Source: a virus (lineage: Duplodnaviria > Caudoviricetes). From it: a stretch of 57,433 nucleotides of DNA. The stretch spans positions 1 through 57,433 of the IMG/VR virus record IMGVR_UViG_3300033145_001062; one strand, written 5' to 3'. The position numbers were made by a program, and so were the translations under genes. Positions 1 through 8,147 of the stretch are shown piece by piece. The notes under the pieces are model-generated. The model saw nothing but the letters and a program-made list of their open reading frames with translations, was not told the DNA's origin and did not search any database. Positions within the stretch are counted from its first letter, which is position 1, and each line of letters begins with the position of its first letter.

Positions 1-114
1 CTGAATATCTTATTTCTGTTATCTACAATCTGCTTCTCAAAATTAGATGTAATTTTAGTACAATTTTCTTTTTGATTTTTTATATCTGTTTTTATACTCC
101 CTATGTCGATTTTC
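1..114. repeat. Terminal direct repeat, left copy (circularity / assembly overlap)
   Basis: 1-114 is identical to 57320-57433. Confidence 0.97.
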
Positions 115-278
115 ATCCCATCAACCTTTTTATCGGTATCATCTACAGTATTTTTAATATCCTTCAAATCAATTCCGTTGCCATTTTGCTTCTTAGTATC
201 CCTTATAATTTTCAACCAACTTCCTATACTTGAAATTACAAGTACAATAATACCGCCTGTTGTTATTGGCTCAACCAT
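1..278 (-). CDS. Junction-spanning 99-aa protein with N-terminal hydrophobic helix and coiled coil (continues 57319-57298)
   Basis: Hand translation: MVEPITTGGIIVLVISSIGSWLKII...NKIFSMKGKGK*. AGGAGAG SD upstream. Complete only after circularisation. Confidence 0.8.
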   Translation of the reverse strand, partial: MVEPITTGGIIVLVISSIGSWLKIIRDTKKQNGNGIDLKDIKNTVDDTDKKVDGMKIDIGSIKTDIKNQKENCTKITSNFEKQIVDNRNKIF

Positions 279-290
279 TTAACTCTCCTG

Positions 291-575
291 TTAATAAATT
301 TCAATTTCATTAATCTCTAATAATCGTTTCATGCGCCAATATTGATAGAGGAATCCTTTGGATACGATTGCTGTGTTTTTATCCTTGATCTTTATCAATA
401 CATCGTCGGGAATAATCCCATTTTTTATAAATCCGTATATCTCAATCTCGCCTATCTCTGTTGAAGGCGTTATGATGACCTGTGGCTTGCAAGCGCTAAG
501 TAAGCAGAAGCTTGCGAACACGATCAGCGTCGCCATCCAGGATAGCCTGTTTAATCGCTTTTTTGTCTTTTGCAT
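291..575 (-). CDS. Putative lipoprotein, o-spanin-like (start possibly 536)
   Basis: Hydrophobic stretch followed by lipobox LLSAC; lies downstream of the endolysin. Confidence 0.55.
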   Translation of the reverse strand: MQKTKKRLNRLSWMATLIVFASFCLLSACKPQVIITPSTEIGEIEIYGFIKNGIIPDDVLIKIKDKNTAIVSKGFLYQYWRMKRLLEINEIEIY

Positions 576-657
576 TTTTCCTTTTTTTGATATATTTCCC
601 TATGTTTAATATTGCAGTCGTTAAAGCTGACAAAACATTGAATATTTTTTTTTTCAT
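496..657 (-). CDS. 53-aa protein overlapping the lipoprotein gene, possible i-spanin
   Basis: Hand translation MKKKIFNVLSALTTAILNIGKYIKK...LLLT*. ATGA-coupled to the stop of 654..842. Confidence 0.45.
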   Translation of the reverse strand: MKKKIFNVLSALTTAILNIGKYIKKRKNAKDKKAIKQAILDGDADRVRKLLLT

Positions 658-842
658 AGTTTATTAATCTCTTTTTGTAACCCCCGATGATATTTTATCA
701 ATGCGATACTTCTTCTTTCGTAGATAGGACAATAATATTGATTTTTTAATAAATGATTTTCCTTTTCAAGGATTTTAATTCTACGATCCATAAGTTTATT
801 TTGCTTCTTTAATAACTCAATATCTTGCTCTAATTTGCTCAT
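654..842 (-). CDS. Hypothetical coiled-coil protein
   Basis: ORF track; tightly packed with neighbours. Confidence 0.6.
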   Translation of the reverse strand: MSKLEQDIELLKKQNKLMDRRIKILEKENHLLKNQYYCPIYERRSIALIKYHRGLQKEINKL

Positions 843-845
843 CTT

Positions 846-1391
846 TTACCCCTCATCCCCAAACGGATCGCAAACAACAAAATTATCGCCACGATAGTTA
901 ATAGGCCGGATTTTTATAAAAGCGTTCTGGTCATCTGCTTGTAATTCATAAAGTTGTTTTTTTATAATCGTAGGGATAAATTCATTTTCATAGGTTTCAA
1001 ATTGAATCCTAGACATGTTCTCTGGATAGAAAGATTTTAACACTCGGTCGTTTATTATCGTTTCGTACAGGTCAAATTTAGGCCGGCCCCCACCGGAAGC
1101 CCCGATGGTATGATATCCGTCAATTAATATCTCAGTATGGATGACATGTCCAGATTGATTCATCCAGAATGCAAGATACGACCTTTTATAAAAGTTTTTT
1201 TGGTTATCTTTGTATAAATCGAATAATCCGGCTGCTGTATAATCTACATAAGCAGGTAATTTACCAACAGCTTTTAAACATTCAACCTCATATCCGGAGC
1301 AATCGAAAAGAGGCCCATCGCCAGCCCAGACATAACGGCGCCCAATCCAGGACATCGCATAGTCAACAAATATTTCTCTCTTGCTTATCAT
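846..1391 (-). CDS. NlpC/P60-family cell-wall peptidase (endolysin)
   Basis: GRRYVWAG...FDCSG catalytic Cys motif and a later His (HVIHTE). Confidence 0.85.
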   Translation of the reverse strand: MISKREIFVDYAMSWIGRRYVWAGDGPLFDCSGYEVECLKAVGKLPAYVDYTAAGLFDLYKDNQKNFYKRSYLAFWMNQSGHVIHTEILIDGYHTIGASGGGRPKFDLYETIINDRVLKSFYPENMSRIQFETYENEFIPTIIKKQLYELQADDQNAFIKIRPINYRGDNFVVCDPFGDEG

Positions 1392-1406
1392 GTTGCCAAC
1401 ATAATC

Positions 1407-1435
1407 AAAATAAATGATGAGATCGGAAATGTCAA
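1407..1435 (-). promoter_or_regulatory. Possible sigma70 promoter for the endolysin
   Basis: TTGACA-17-TATTTT; weak -10. Confidence 0.35.
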
Positions 1436-1451
1436 GAAAAAGAAATGTAAC

Positions 1452-2147
1452 TTATTTTAGATATAACTGATTATTTTCAACATCTTGTCGGTAATCCGCA
1501 ATTTCTATGTGCTTTGTTAAATTACAATGCTGGCATAATATTTGTAAATTATCGAAATTATTAGATCCTCCCTTGGTAACTGGGATTATATGGTCGATAT
1601 GAAAATTATTTGAACAGGGTTTTTTATCCTTTTCGCATGTTATGACCCCGTACTTGAAGATATTGGCATTGATTACTCTATCTACGACACCCTTTTTGAC
1701 CGTGCCATAACTACGCCTTTTTAAATGGTTTTCCCTAACTTTTCCTGGATTTTTTAATTTATATTTTTTATCCCATTCTTTTCTTTTTCCTGGATTTTCA
1801 GCTTGATATTTTTTAATAACTGCTTTTGTTTTTTCCGGATATTCAGCATAATATTTTTTGCGTAGCGCTTTTAATCTTTCTGAATTTTCAGCATAATATT
1901 TTCTCATATATATTTTTATTTTTTCTTTATTTTCCAATCTATATTCTTCTCTTTTTCCTGGATTTTCCAATTTATATTTTTTATCCCATTCTTTTCTTTT
2001 TCCTGGATTTTCCAATTTATATTTTTTACTTAGCATTTTTATTCTCTCTGAATGTTCAATATAATATTTTTTATGATAGCATTCTCCACATAATCCTTTG
2101 GCATGATGTTCTTTGACTTCTTTACAGGCTTTACAAATTATCTTCAT
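1452..2147 (-). CDS. HNH homing endonuclease (paralog of 12599..13267)
   Basis: FHIDHIIP...GGSNNFDNLQILCQHCN motif; N-terminal CxxC/H/CxxC and Lys/Tyr-rich repeats. Confidence 0.9.
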   Translation of the reverse strand: MKIICKACKEVKEHHAKGLCGECYHKKYYIEHSERIKMLSKKYKLENPGKRKEWDKKYKLENPGKREEYRLENKEKIKIYMRKYYAENSERLKALRKKYYAEYPEKTKAVIKKYQAENPGKRKEWDKKYKLKNPGKVRENHLKRRSYGTVKKGVVDRVINANIFKYGVITCEKDKKPCSNNFHIDHIIPVTKGGSNNFDNLQILCQHCNLTKHIEIADYRQDVENNQLYLK

Positions 2148-2155
2148 AATTATTC

Positions 2156-2270
2156 TTAAATAAAAAAACCCCCTTTCGACAGTAGAGAATAAGCACTAAT
2201 GGAATGGCTTATCTGTTTACTCAGGGGTTTTCTTTTTTTAATTGGGTTTTCCATCAATACTTATTCTCTA
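2156..2270 (-). ncRNA. Structured leader / attenuator-like RNA E1
   Basis: 22-bp complementarity 2249-2270 with 2183-2204; all three mismatches are G-U on the minus strand. Competing stem 2224-2231 with 2165-2172, followed by a U-tract. Confidence 0.7.
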
Positions 2271-2275
2271 ATATA

Positions 2276-2304
2276 AGTATAACATTTTTTGTAAAATTTT
2301 TCAA
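2276..2304 (-). promoter_or_regulatory. Sigma70 promoter
   Basis: TTGAAA-17-TATACT with TG extended -10. Confidence 0.75.
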
Positions 2305-2342
2305 GCATAATCTCCCCCCGCCCATCCCACATGCTTAATTAC

Positions 2343-2684
2343 TTACTTTTTAGCCTTGTTGAATTCTGCTTTGAAAAGTATGCCCATAATTACAGTCAGC
2401 ACAGCGACAATAGCTTCAACTGGCAGTTCAAGCCCGAATGTTTCACTAACCGCTACAAGGATTGCTGATATAAACGCAATAATAAATTTCGGATCCTTAA
2501 ATTTCCCGATCTGTGATCCAATGCGTTTAATATCTGATTTAGCCTCAAATAGCACATAGCACAATATTGCTGTTACTCCGGCTAATACTGACATGCTGTC
2601 TAAGGTTAATCCGAACTGTTCACTGAAAAAAGCAAGTACCGTACCAATAACAGCAAGCACCGACATTAATGATTTTCTCGACAT
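2343..2684 (-). CDS. Putative holin with internal duplication, about 4 TM helices
   Basis: Two similar halves (SRKSLMSVLAV...FGLTL / DPKFIIAFISA...FGLEL); near the endolysin; AGGAGG SD. Confidence 0.7.
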   Translation of the reverse strand: MSRKSLMSVLAVIGTVLAFFSEQFGLTLDSMSVLAGVTAILCYVLFEAKSDIKRIGSQIGKFKDPKFIIAFISAILVAVSETFGLELPVEAIVAVLTVIMGILFKAEFNKAKK

Positions 2685-2730
2685 TTTAAACCTCCTAAAT
2701 TAAGATCAAAGCTCTTCGGATGTTGAATCA

Positions 2731-2919
2731 TTATTCTAATTCAGCCTCCCTCTTTTCTCTCTCTTTCTGTATATCCCAGTAATATTTCTCATCCTTAGCT
2801 TCCTCATAAGCCCTCTCCTCACAATTATCAGGGTCTAATCCCTTAGAGCAGGTCTCGTCATCAGTGAGATGTTCACATTGAATGCTGTGGCAATATTCAT
2901 ATTCTTTAGCTACTTTCAC
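2731..2919 (-). CDS. Hypothetical Cys-rich protein
   Basis: ORF track; start overlaps the upstream stop. Confidence 0.55.
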   Translation of the reverse strand: MKVAKEYEYCHSIQCEHLTDDETCSKGLDPDNCEERAYEEAKDEKYYWDIQKEREKREAELE

Positions 2920-3185
2920 TTTTTCCCCTCCATATCTTCAACACGTTCAAGAGCGACAACCCTAATCCCATCCGGAGTCATAGCCTCATGGCGCCAATAG
3001 CCATCATCTTTTAGAAATTTTATTGAGATATGCTTAAGTAAGTTTTCTTTCCCAAGCTCATGGAATTTATCATCCTCAATCTGGATTTGAATATTGCTTA
3101 TTCCTATAAGCCCCGAATCGCCATAAAGCTCCGCAAATTCCTTTTGTAATTTAGATACCTTTCTTAGAAACTCTTTGTTGGTCAT
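2916..3185 (-). CDS. Hypothetical protein
   Basis: ORF track; AAGGAGG SD. Confidence 0.65.
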   Translation of the reverse strand: MTNKEFLRKVSKLQKEFAELYGDSGLIGISNIQIQIEDDKFHELGKENLLKHISIKFLKDDGYWRHEAMTPDGIRVVALERVEDMEGKK

Positions 3186-3516
3186 TTTTTTTCCTCCTTT
3201 CTTTCAAATATTCATCCATAAGCCCTTTTAGAAAATCAAAGAGCAATTTAGCGCTTTCCTCAGCTTTGCCTTCAAATTTTAGAACACCGTCTTCCCAATC
3301 TAATTTTCCAATTTCCTCATTGTCTCTAAAAAACGTCATTTTATAAAGCTCGGTATCTTTAGGTGCTGTAGTAATCTGATTATGTCTGTTGGTCGTTTTT
3401 TCCTCCTTTTTTGTCTTTGGTGCTTCAATCTTAAAGGCATCCTTTTCTTTAACTGAAGCAACCTTCTTGTCGCCAATTAATAAATTTACTACTTTTCCAT
3501 CCTTTTTTTTAGGCAT
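3151..3516 (-). CDS. Hypothetical protein
   Basis: ORF track; AAGGAG SD. Confidence 0.65.
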   Translation of the reverse strand: MPKKKDGKVVNLLIGDKKVASVKEKDAFKIEAPKTKKEEKTTNRHNQITTAPKDTELYKMTFFRDNEEIGKLDWEDGVLKFEGKAEESAKLLFDFLKGLMDEYLKERRKKNDQQRVSKKGI

Positions 3517-3551
3517 TTTTTCTCTCCTTTTTTATTTAATTGATTTTTCCA

Positions 3552-3908
3552 TTAATAATGATGTTTTAATAGCTGGATATCTTCCTCTGCTTTCTCTAAT
3601 TTTTCCCAAATAAGATCGAATTTTTTCTCTAATTGTATGTGTGTGAAATTATGCAAATCTTTAAAATTTTCTAATTTCCTTAATCTTTCTTCTTCCTCAC
3701 GCATATTGCCTATATTCTCAACTTCCTCATCCTCAATTTTATTTATCTCCAAAAACCAGTTCCTCTCTTTTTTCCCGTGAAACTCTATTGTTTTTTTACA
3801 CCCACATGGTAAATTTATTGACCCTATATACGTATAATCTTCCGGTATATATGGGATTTTGTAATTCTTCTCATGCTTTTCACATCTTATCTCCATTGTA
3901 TAATACAT
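3552..3908 (-). CDS. Hypothetical protein
   Basis: ORF track; AAGGAG SD. Confidence 0.6.
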   Translation of the reverse strand: MYYTMEIRCEKHEKNYKIPYIPEDYTYIGSINLPCGCKKTIEFHGKKERNWFLEINKIEDEEVENIGNMREEEERLRKLENFKDLHNFTHIQLEKKFDLIWEKLEKAEEDIQLLKHHY

Positions 3909-4069
3909 TTTTTCTCCTTTCTTAATCTTTTATTTTCCTCGATTAATCTGGCATTTTCCGTCAATACAGAAAAAAGTAACCTCCTGATTTCCTTCTCTTT
4001 TTGCTCTAAGAGATAAAACGGGTCTTTATGTCTGCCCATTTTTTTCCTCGATTGATCCAGAAATTTCAA
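3887..4069 (-). CDS. Hypothetical protein
   Basis: ORF track. Confidence 0.5.
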   Translation of the reverse strand: MKFLDQSRKKMGRHKDPFYLLEQKEKEIRRLLFSVLTENARLIEENKRLRKEKKCIIQWR

Positions 4070-4253
4070 TGCTTTTTAGCATTCGTTCATCTAAAATATC
4101 CCTGATATCTAAGAGAACTTCAAGGATACTATTTCGTATTGCCGTGTTTTCAAATGGAGTAGTTGCCTCTATAGCCACCTTACTTCTCATTTTGACTTTT
4201 GACATTTTTTTCTCCTTTTTTTTAACTTTTGCGCTTATCATATTTACTTCCAA
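4026..4253 (-). CDS. Hypothetical protein (start probably later, at MSKVK)
   Basis: ORF track; AAGGAG SD before the internal Met. Confidence 0.5.
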   Translation of the reverse strand: MEVNMISAKVKKKEKKMSKVKMRSKVAIEATTPFENTAIRNSILEVLLDIRDILDERMLKSIEISGSIEEKNGQT

Positions 4254-4383
4254 TTAAGCCTCTTAAATCATCCCGTGCATCCTCAACGCTATACTCATTA
4301 TTGAGAATTTGCACTAGGTAAAATTTGGGATGTTCCCAGCAGTTATCTATGTCCTCTTCTGTAAAAAACTTTTTTTCATTCAT
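4222..4383 (-). CDS. Hypothetical 53-aa protein
   Basis: Hand translation MNEKKFFTEEDIDNCWEH...; ATGA overlap with the upstream gene. Confidence 0.55.
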   Translation of the reverse strand: MNEKKFFTEEDIDNCWEHPKFYLVQILNNEYSVEDARDDLRGLIGSKYDKRKS

Positions 4384-4661
4384 TTCATTTCCCCCTTGCT
4401 CAACTCAAGCTGTAGTTTCCGCAATTCCTGTTGCTCTAATTTTAACTGCTCAATGTAGATTATTAATTTCTGGGTTAAGCTGTCAATTACAACCTTGTCC
4501 TCGATAATCTCAGCAACCTGCTCTTTCAACTCAAGCTGATCGGTTCGAATCTCGCTATTGATTTGTAAACTCATAATAAATGAACCAACCGCCAGTCCAA
4601 TAATAAAGCCGATAATAAATATAATTGTATACCATATTTGGTCATGCTCTTTATTCGTCAT
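4380..4661 (-). CDS. Membrane-anchored coiled-coil protein
   Basis: N-terminal TM segment IIFIIGFIIGLAVGSF. Confidence 0.6.
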   Translation of the reverse strand: MTNKEHDQIWYTIIFIIGFIIGLAVGSFIMSLQINSEIRTDQLELKEQVAEIIEDKVVIDSLTQKLIIYIEQLKLEQQELRKLQLELSKGEMK

Positions 4662-5013
4662 TTCCTATTTCCTCCCTTAAATCGCCGTCTCTGAATGTAA
4701 ATGGAAAAAGCTCCAATTGTTCTACATCATCAGCAAGTTCAGGATGGGCATTACATACCCTTTTAAACCTCTCGAATAGTGGGATCGCCTTTTTCCTCAG
4801 ATAGTCCCGGTACTCCAGAATCTCCTCTTTCCTGACCGGATAGAACCCGCCTCTGTCGCAGGTTACAATAGGAAGTTGACTATAAATATTCCTAAATTCT
4901 CGATCTGAAATAATAAATGCAGGGACATGTTTCGACATAAACTTATCCCTGGTTATAGCATTCTCCCTACCCGAATGATGCTCTTTATAGAGCCTTAAAA
5001 TATATTCCTTCAT
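4651..5013 (-). CDS. Hypothetical protein, possibly winged-helix DNA-binding
   Basis: GRENAITR...SDREFR...PIV..GGFYP pattern typical of phage wHTH proteins. Confidence 0.5.
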   Translation of the reverse strand: MKEYILRLYKEHHSGRENAITRDKFMSKHVPAFIISDREFRNIYSQLPIVTCDRGGFYPVRKEEILEYRDYLRKKAIPLFERFKRVCNAHPELADDVEQLELFPFTFRDGDLREEIGNDE

Positions 5014-5014
5014 C

Positions 5015-5155
5015 CTATCTTCCCTTTAAAATCTTCAATTCCTTCCTAAGCCTTGCGATCTCTATTTCCAGATCGTACTTGCTACCTGATACAATTGCAG
5101 CATAAATAACCAATATAAAAAGCCCAACAGCTAAACCTCCTAAAAATTCAATCAT
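5015..5155 (-). CDS. Small membrane protein (46 aa)
   Basis: Hand translation MIEFLGGLAVGLFILVIYAAIVSG...; AGGAGG SD. Confidence 0.6.
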   Translation of the reverse strand: MIEFLGGLAVGLFILVIYAAIVSGSKYDLEIEIARLRKELKILKGR

Positions 5156-5178
5156 TTCATCCTCCTTTTTTATTTCAT

Positions 5179-6360
5179 TCATTTAGTCAACCTCATTAAT
5201 AATCTTCCCAGCCCCTGCATGTCCCGCCATCGCATAGCCGAGAAGTCATAATAATATCTATCCGGCATTGTATTGTGTATGCCATCTGGCAGTCGGATAT
5301 CATTCTGCCTATGTCCATTAAGCATTTCCATAAGTACAAGACCATCTATATGTGCTTGTTTTAGTAACGCCTTGGCGGTTGCAAGTGGGATAGGGACAGG
5401 TGCATATTGTCCATTCACTCGCCAGCCATCAGTTGAGATTCCGCTAAAATAAGGCATGAGTAGTGTTTTTTTATTGTAGCTTTTCAAATCCCCCACCTGG
5501 TGAATAACTGGAGTAAAATGCTGTCTCGTTCTGGGTGATATTTCAGCTTCAGTCGAGGTAAATCTTCTCCATCTGGGGCAATCCCGACCCCAGGTTTCAT
5601 CAATAATTTCTTTCATCCGCATATGCCAGGCTGTACCAGAATATCCCTCGTTACAGGTTTCGATACTGATATATTTTCTTTCCCTTGGGGACAAGGAATC
5701 ATAAATTCTATTGAGCATATATCGAGTCATGGCTTCTACGATTTTGCCTGTATTTTCCGCTCGAGGACTTCCAAGAGACCACTCTATATAAGCTTCATAA
5801 GCATTTGCGGCTGAAGAAGTTTCTATATTATTATTATCAGGATTAAGAAAATTTTTAGCCCAGGAACAGTTATTTCGATAATGGAATGCACAGCCATCTA
5901 TCAAGGAAATAATCAACATGATTTTCCTGTACACAACTTTTTGTATCCTGGATAACACGGCTGTTTCCCAGTTGGCATTAATATATTTTCCTATTTTTTC
6001 ATCAGCTTCATCGGGATCAGGCATAATAAATTTACCCTCATCATCCCTCACAAACGGTTCTAAATTCCATTTACAATATTCAGGGTGCCAACATTGAGAA
6101 AATAAGAATACTCTTGTGGTATTCCCCGCTTCCATTGTTACGTATTTATCCAGGATCATGTCTAAATCATAAATACGAGTAGTCCAGAGCATTTCAGGAA
6201 TAAATAGAGTTGCCAGGAAAAATGGTTTTCCTGTCTGTTTTTTAATTTCATATACTTGCAGTTCCTTTTTCACCTCTACAGGGATTACGGGGCTATAATT
6301 TGCCGGTGGTATGTTTATTTGTGCCATTATCAAACCTCCTATAAAAATTAGATTAAGCAT
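5179..6360 (-). CDS. Putative TIM-barrel glycoside-hydrolase-like protein (SD-supported start at 6327)
   Basis: GNTTRVF, ETCNEG and ISTDG motifs resemble clan GH-A-like proteins. The first 11 codons are the repeat micro-ORF. Confidence 0.5.
   Translation of the reverse strand: MLNLIFIGGLIMAQINIPPANYSPVIPVEVKKELQVYEIKKQTGKPFFLATLFIPEMLWTTRIYDLDMILDKYVTMEAGNTTRVFLFSQCWHPEYCKWNLEPFVRDDEGKFIMPDPDEADEKIGKYINANWETAVLSRIQKVVYRKIMLIISLIDGCAFHYRNNCSWAKNFLNPDNNNIETSSAANAYEAYIEWSLGSPRAENTGKIVEAMTRYMLNRIYDSLSPRERKYISIETCNEGYSGTAWHMRMKEIIDETWGRDCPRWRRFTSTEAEISPRTRQHFTPVIHQVGDLKSYNKKTLLMPYFSGISTDGWRVNGQYAPVPIPLATAKALLKQAHIDGLVLMEMLNGHRQNDIRLPDGIHNTMPDRYYYDFSAMRWRDMQGLGRLLMRLTK
6325..6360 (-). repeat. Linker repeat R1 (MLNLIFIGGLIM, in frame with the downstream gene)
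   Basis: ATGCTTAATCTAATTTTTATAGGAGGTTTGATAATG. Confidence 0.9.
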
Positions 6361-6637
6361 TTATTTTCATCTTTTTAAGCTTTTTCTCCCACCTATCTAA
6401 GCGTATAAGGCGTTCCCTTGTTATATCTTCCCTGAAATTTAAATCACTACAAATCCCTTCTTCAAATAATACCCATAAACAATCGGTGCAATCTTTATTT
6501 TCAGAAATAGCACAAAGGGGACAACCAAAACTATTAATTTCCCCATAATCACATGGTGTATCATCTGATTCATATTTTTCATAGTGCCTTCTTAATTCCT
6601 CAATAGCCTCAAGCCATTGTCCTATTTTTCTTTTCAT
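6353..6637 (-). CDS. Hypothetical Cys-rich cassette protein
   Basis: ORF track; bounded by R2 and R1. Confidence 0.7.
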   Translation of the reverse strand: MKRKIGQWLEAIEELRRHYEKYESDDTPCDYGEINSFGCPLCAISENKDCTDCLWVLFEEGICSDLNFREDITRERLIRLDRWEKKLKKMKINA

Positions 6638-6672
6638 TTACCCAAACCTTCTATAAAAATTAGGTTAAGCAT
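6634..6672 (-). repeat. Linker repeat R2 (micro-ORF MLNLIFIEGLGK*)
   Basis: ATGCTTAACCTAATTTTTATAGAAGGTTTGGGTAAATGA. Confidence 0.9.
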
Positions 6673-6784
6673 TTCGCTTACTTTTAACTCTCCTTGGTTT
6701 TCGTCCCACGCACAAACCAAAAACCCAGGGAGCGTATTTCCCCCAGCGTACATGCTCAAAAAGCCAAAAACATAAATTTCTCAT
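6665..6784 (-). CDS. 39-aa cassette protein
   Basis: Hand translation MRNLCFWLFEHVRWGKYAPW...KRNA*. TAATG coupling upstream; stop lies inside R2. Confidence 0.55.
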   Translation of the reverse strand: MRNLCFWLFEHVRWGKYAPWVFGLCVGRKPRRVKSKRNA

Positions 6785-7020
6785 TAGTATTCTTCGTAAA
6801 TAATTTGCTGAACATACGCACTGTTTATTCGTTGAGTCACAACTGTATGAAGACCTACTTCTGCTACTTTAAACCATACAACGGCAGCCATCTGACCATT
6901 TTCTTCATATGGAATTATCCTCATCTCTGGACAATTCTGTATCATAGTTCCATCGCCCAATACTAACATTTTAATTCTTCTTTCTTCAGACATTATTTTA
7001 GTGCTTTTTATTTCTCCCAT
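6784..7020 (-). CDS. Hypothetical cassette protein
   Basis: ORF track; start follows R3. Confidence 0.65.
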   Translation of the reverse strand: MGEIKSTKIMSEERRIKMLVLGDGTMIQNCPEMRIIPYEENGQMAAVVWFKVAEVGLHTVVTQRINSAYVQQIIYEEY

Positions 7021-7055
7021 CTAATTAGACCTCCTATAAAAATTATGTTAAGCAT
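7008..7055 (-). repeat. Linker repeat R3 (micro-ORF MLNIIFIGGLIRWEK*)
   Basis: ATGCTTAACATAATTTTTATAGGAGGTCTAATTAGATG. Confidence 0.9.
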
Positions 7056-7536
7056 TTGATTCTTTAACTCCAATAGACGCCCTGCATTTTGTTTTATACC
7101 TATATGCTCTAACGCTTATATTTTCAGGCGGATTCTGCCCTATCCGTCTAATGCAAGAAATAAGAATCATCATTTCTTTGGTTAAATCTGAAATAAAAAC
7201 CTCAGACTTTTTTACACACTGGACTTTCCCAGAATCTTTAAGAATTAATAACCCCCATTTTGGAGGTATTTCATCTATTGAGTTTACAACTCCTTCTGGC
7301 ATTAAATAATATCTATATTGACCTACTCCATCTTTAAGCATGCGCCTTGACCATTTATGTCTATCTGCAAAAAAATCCTGCCTATTTGTTTTACATTCTA
7401 TCAGTGTTGATACAAAACTTTTCCATCCAAAAACATCGGGTGTTTCCACAGCCCAGGTTGTCAACTCCGTTACGACTATATCACATTTTCCCCAAAGCCA
7501 CTTCTTGCCGATTTCAACTAATTCCCTATGAGTCAT
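7048..7536 (-). CDS. MmcB-like PD-(D/E)XK nuclease
   Basis: ETPDVFG...LIECKTNRQDF...YRYYLMP...WGLL. Confidence 0.7.
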   Translation of the reverse strand: MTHRELVEIGKKWLWGKCDIVVTELTTWAVETPDVFGWKSFVSTLIECKTNRQDFFADRHKWSRRMLKDGVGQYRYYLMPEGVVNSIDEIPPKWGLLILKDSGKVQCVKKSEVFISDLTKEMMILISCIRRIGQNPPENISVRAYRYKTKCRASIGVKESNA

Positions 7537-7571
7537 TTGACCAAACTCCCTATAAAGATTAGATTAAGCAT
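7533..7571 (-). repeat. Linker repeat R4 (micro-ORF MLNLIFIGSLVK*)
   Basis: ATGCTTAATCTAATCTTTATAGGGAGTTTGGTCAAATGA. Confidence 0.9.
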
Positions 7572-7727
7572 TTATTTAATCTTCACTCCGATTGATTTAA
7601 GCCAACTTTCGATATATCTAATTTCTCTTTCATATAATTCTACATTATCGCTTTCATCTTCTACGATAGTTATTAAATTATTATAAAAATCAAAAATATC
7701 TTTTTTTGTTATTTCGCATGTTTTCAT
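7572..7727 (-). CDS. 51-aa cassette protein
   Basis: Hand translation MKTCEITKKDIFDFYNN...GVKIK*; exactly fills the R5-R4 interval. Confidence 0.7.
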   Translation of the reverse strand: MKTCEITKKDIFDFYNNLITIVEDESDNVELYEREIRYIESWLKSIGVKIK

Positions 7728-7762
7728 TTCAACAGTCCTCCCATAAAAATTATGTTAAGCAT
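7724..7762 (-). repeat. Linker repeat R5 (micro-ORF MLNIIFMGGLLK*)
   Basis: ATGCTTAACATAATTTTTATGGGAGGACTGTTGAAATGA. Confidence 0.9.
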
Positions 7763-7927
7763 TTATTTTCTATCAGATGACTCAAATGGAGAACAAAATT
7801 CATCCAATAATTCCTTTAATGTATTCATGGCTTTAATTATATTTACTAATTTAACATCATTTATCTTATAGCGGTTCACTCCCCAATCTGCTAGGTCTTT
7901 AACTGTTATCTTTTTTTTTCTTTTCAT
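7763..7927 (-). CDS. 54-aa cassette protein
   Basis: Hand translation MKRKKKITVKDLADWGV...SSDRK*; exactly fills the R6-R5 interval. Confidence 0.7.
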   Translation of the reverse strand: MKRKKKITVKDLADWGVNRYKINDVKLVNIIKAMNTLKELLDEFCSPFESSDRK

Positions 7928-7962
7928 TTAATTAATTCTCCTATAAAAATTATGTTAAGCAT
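7924..7962 (-). repeat. Linker repeat R6 (micro-ORF MLNIIFIGELIK*)
   Basis: ATGCTTAACATAATTTTTATAGGAGAATTAATTAAATGA. Confidence 0.9.
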
Positions 7963-8147
7963 TTATGTTTTTTCTTCCCCCAGCTTGCTGGCGGCAACTC
8001 CCTATCAAGGGCATCCGTTATTCCCGAATATTCTTCTTCCATTAAGCTAATATTAATTATATCGTTTTTTAATTTCTTTGTAGGCTCTATTCCATGTCTC
8101 GGCAACATTTCATCCAGGCTATTTTCCCAATATTTTCGTGAATTCAT
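7950..8147 (-). CDS. Hypothetical cassette protein
   Basis: ORF track; stop lies inside R6. Confidence 0.65.
   Translation of the reverse strand: MNSRKYWENSLDEMLPRHGIEPTKKLKNDIINISLMEEEYSGITDALDRELPPASWGKKKHKCLT

Noticed and set aside
1-114. Terminal repeat as a biological DTR
   Set aside because: It cuts through a coding sequence and is more simply an assembly overlap of a circular or permuted genome; cannot be decided without reads.
2311-2330. G-rich tract on the minus strand as a G-quadruplex or terminator
   Set aside because: Only three G-runs and no complementary arm nearby.
7036-7960. Linker repeats as XerC/D dif-like sites (TTATGTTAAGC resembles the XerD arm TTATGTTAAAT)
   Set aside because: Only 3 bp separate the ATAA and TTATG arms instead of 6-8. 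Three of six copies change the arm (TTAGATTAA, TTAGGTTAA) while keeping the peptide. Not fully excluded for an unknown recombinase.
6325-7962. Linker repeats as a CRISPR array
   Set aside because: Spacing is 160-480 bp and irregular, the intervals are whole genes, the repeats are degenerate, and no cas genes are present.
6325-7962. Linker repeats as integron attC sites
   Set aside because: No GTTRRRY/RYYYAAC ends, no internal palindrome and no integron integrase.
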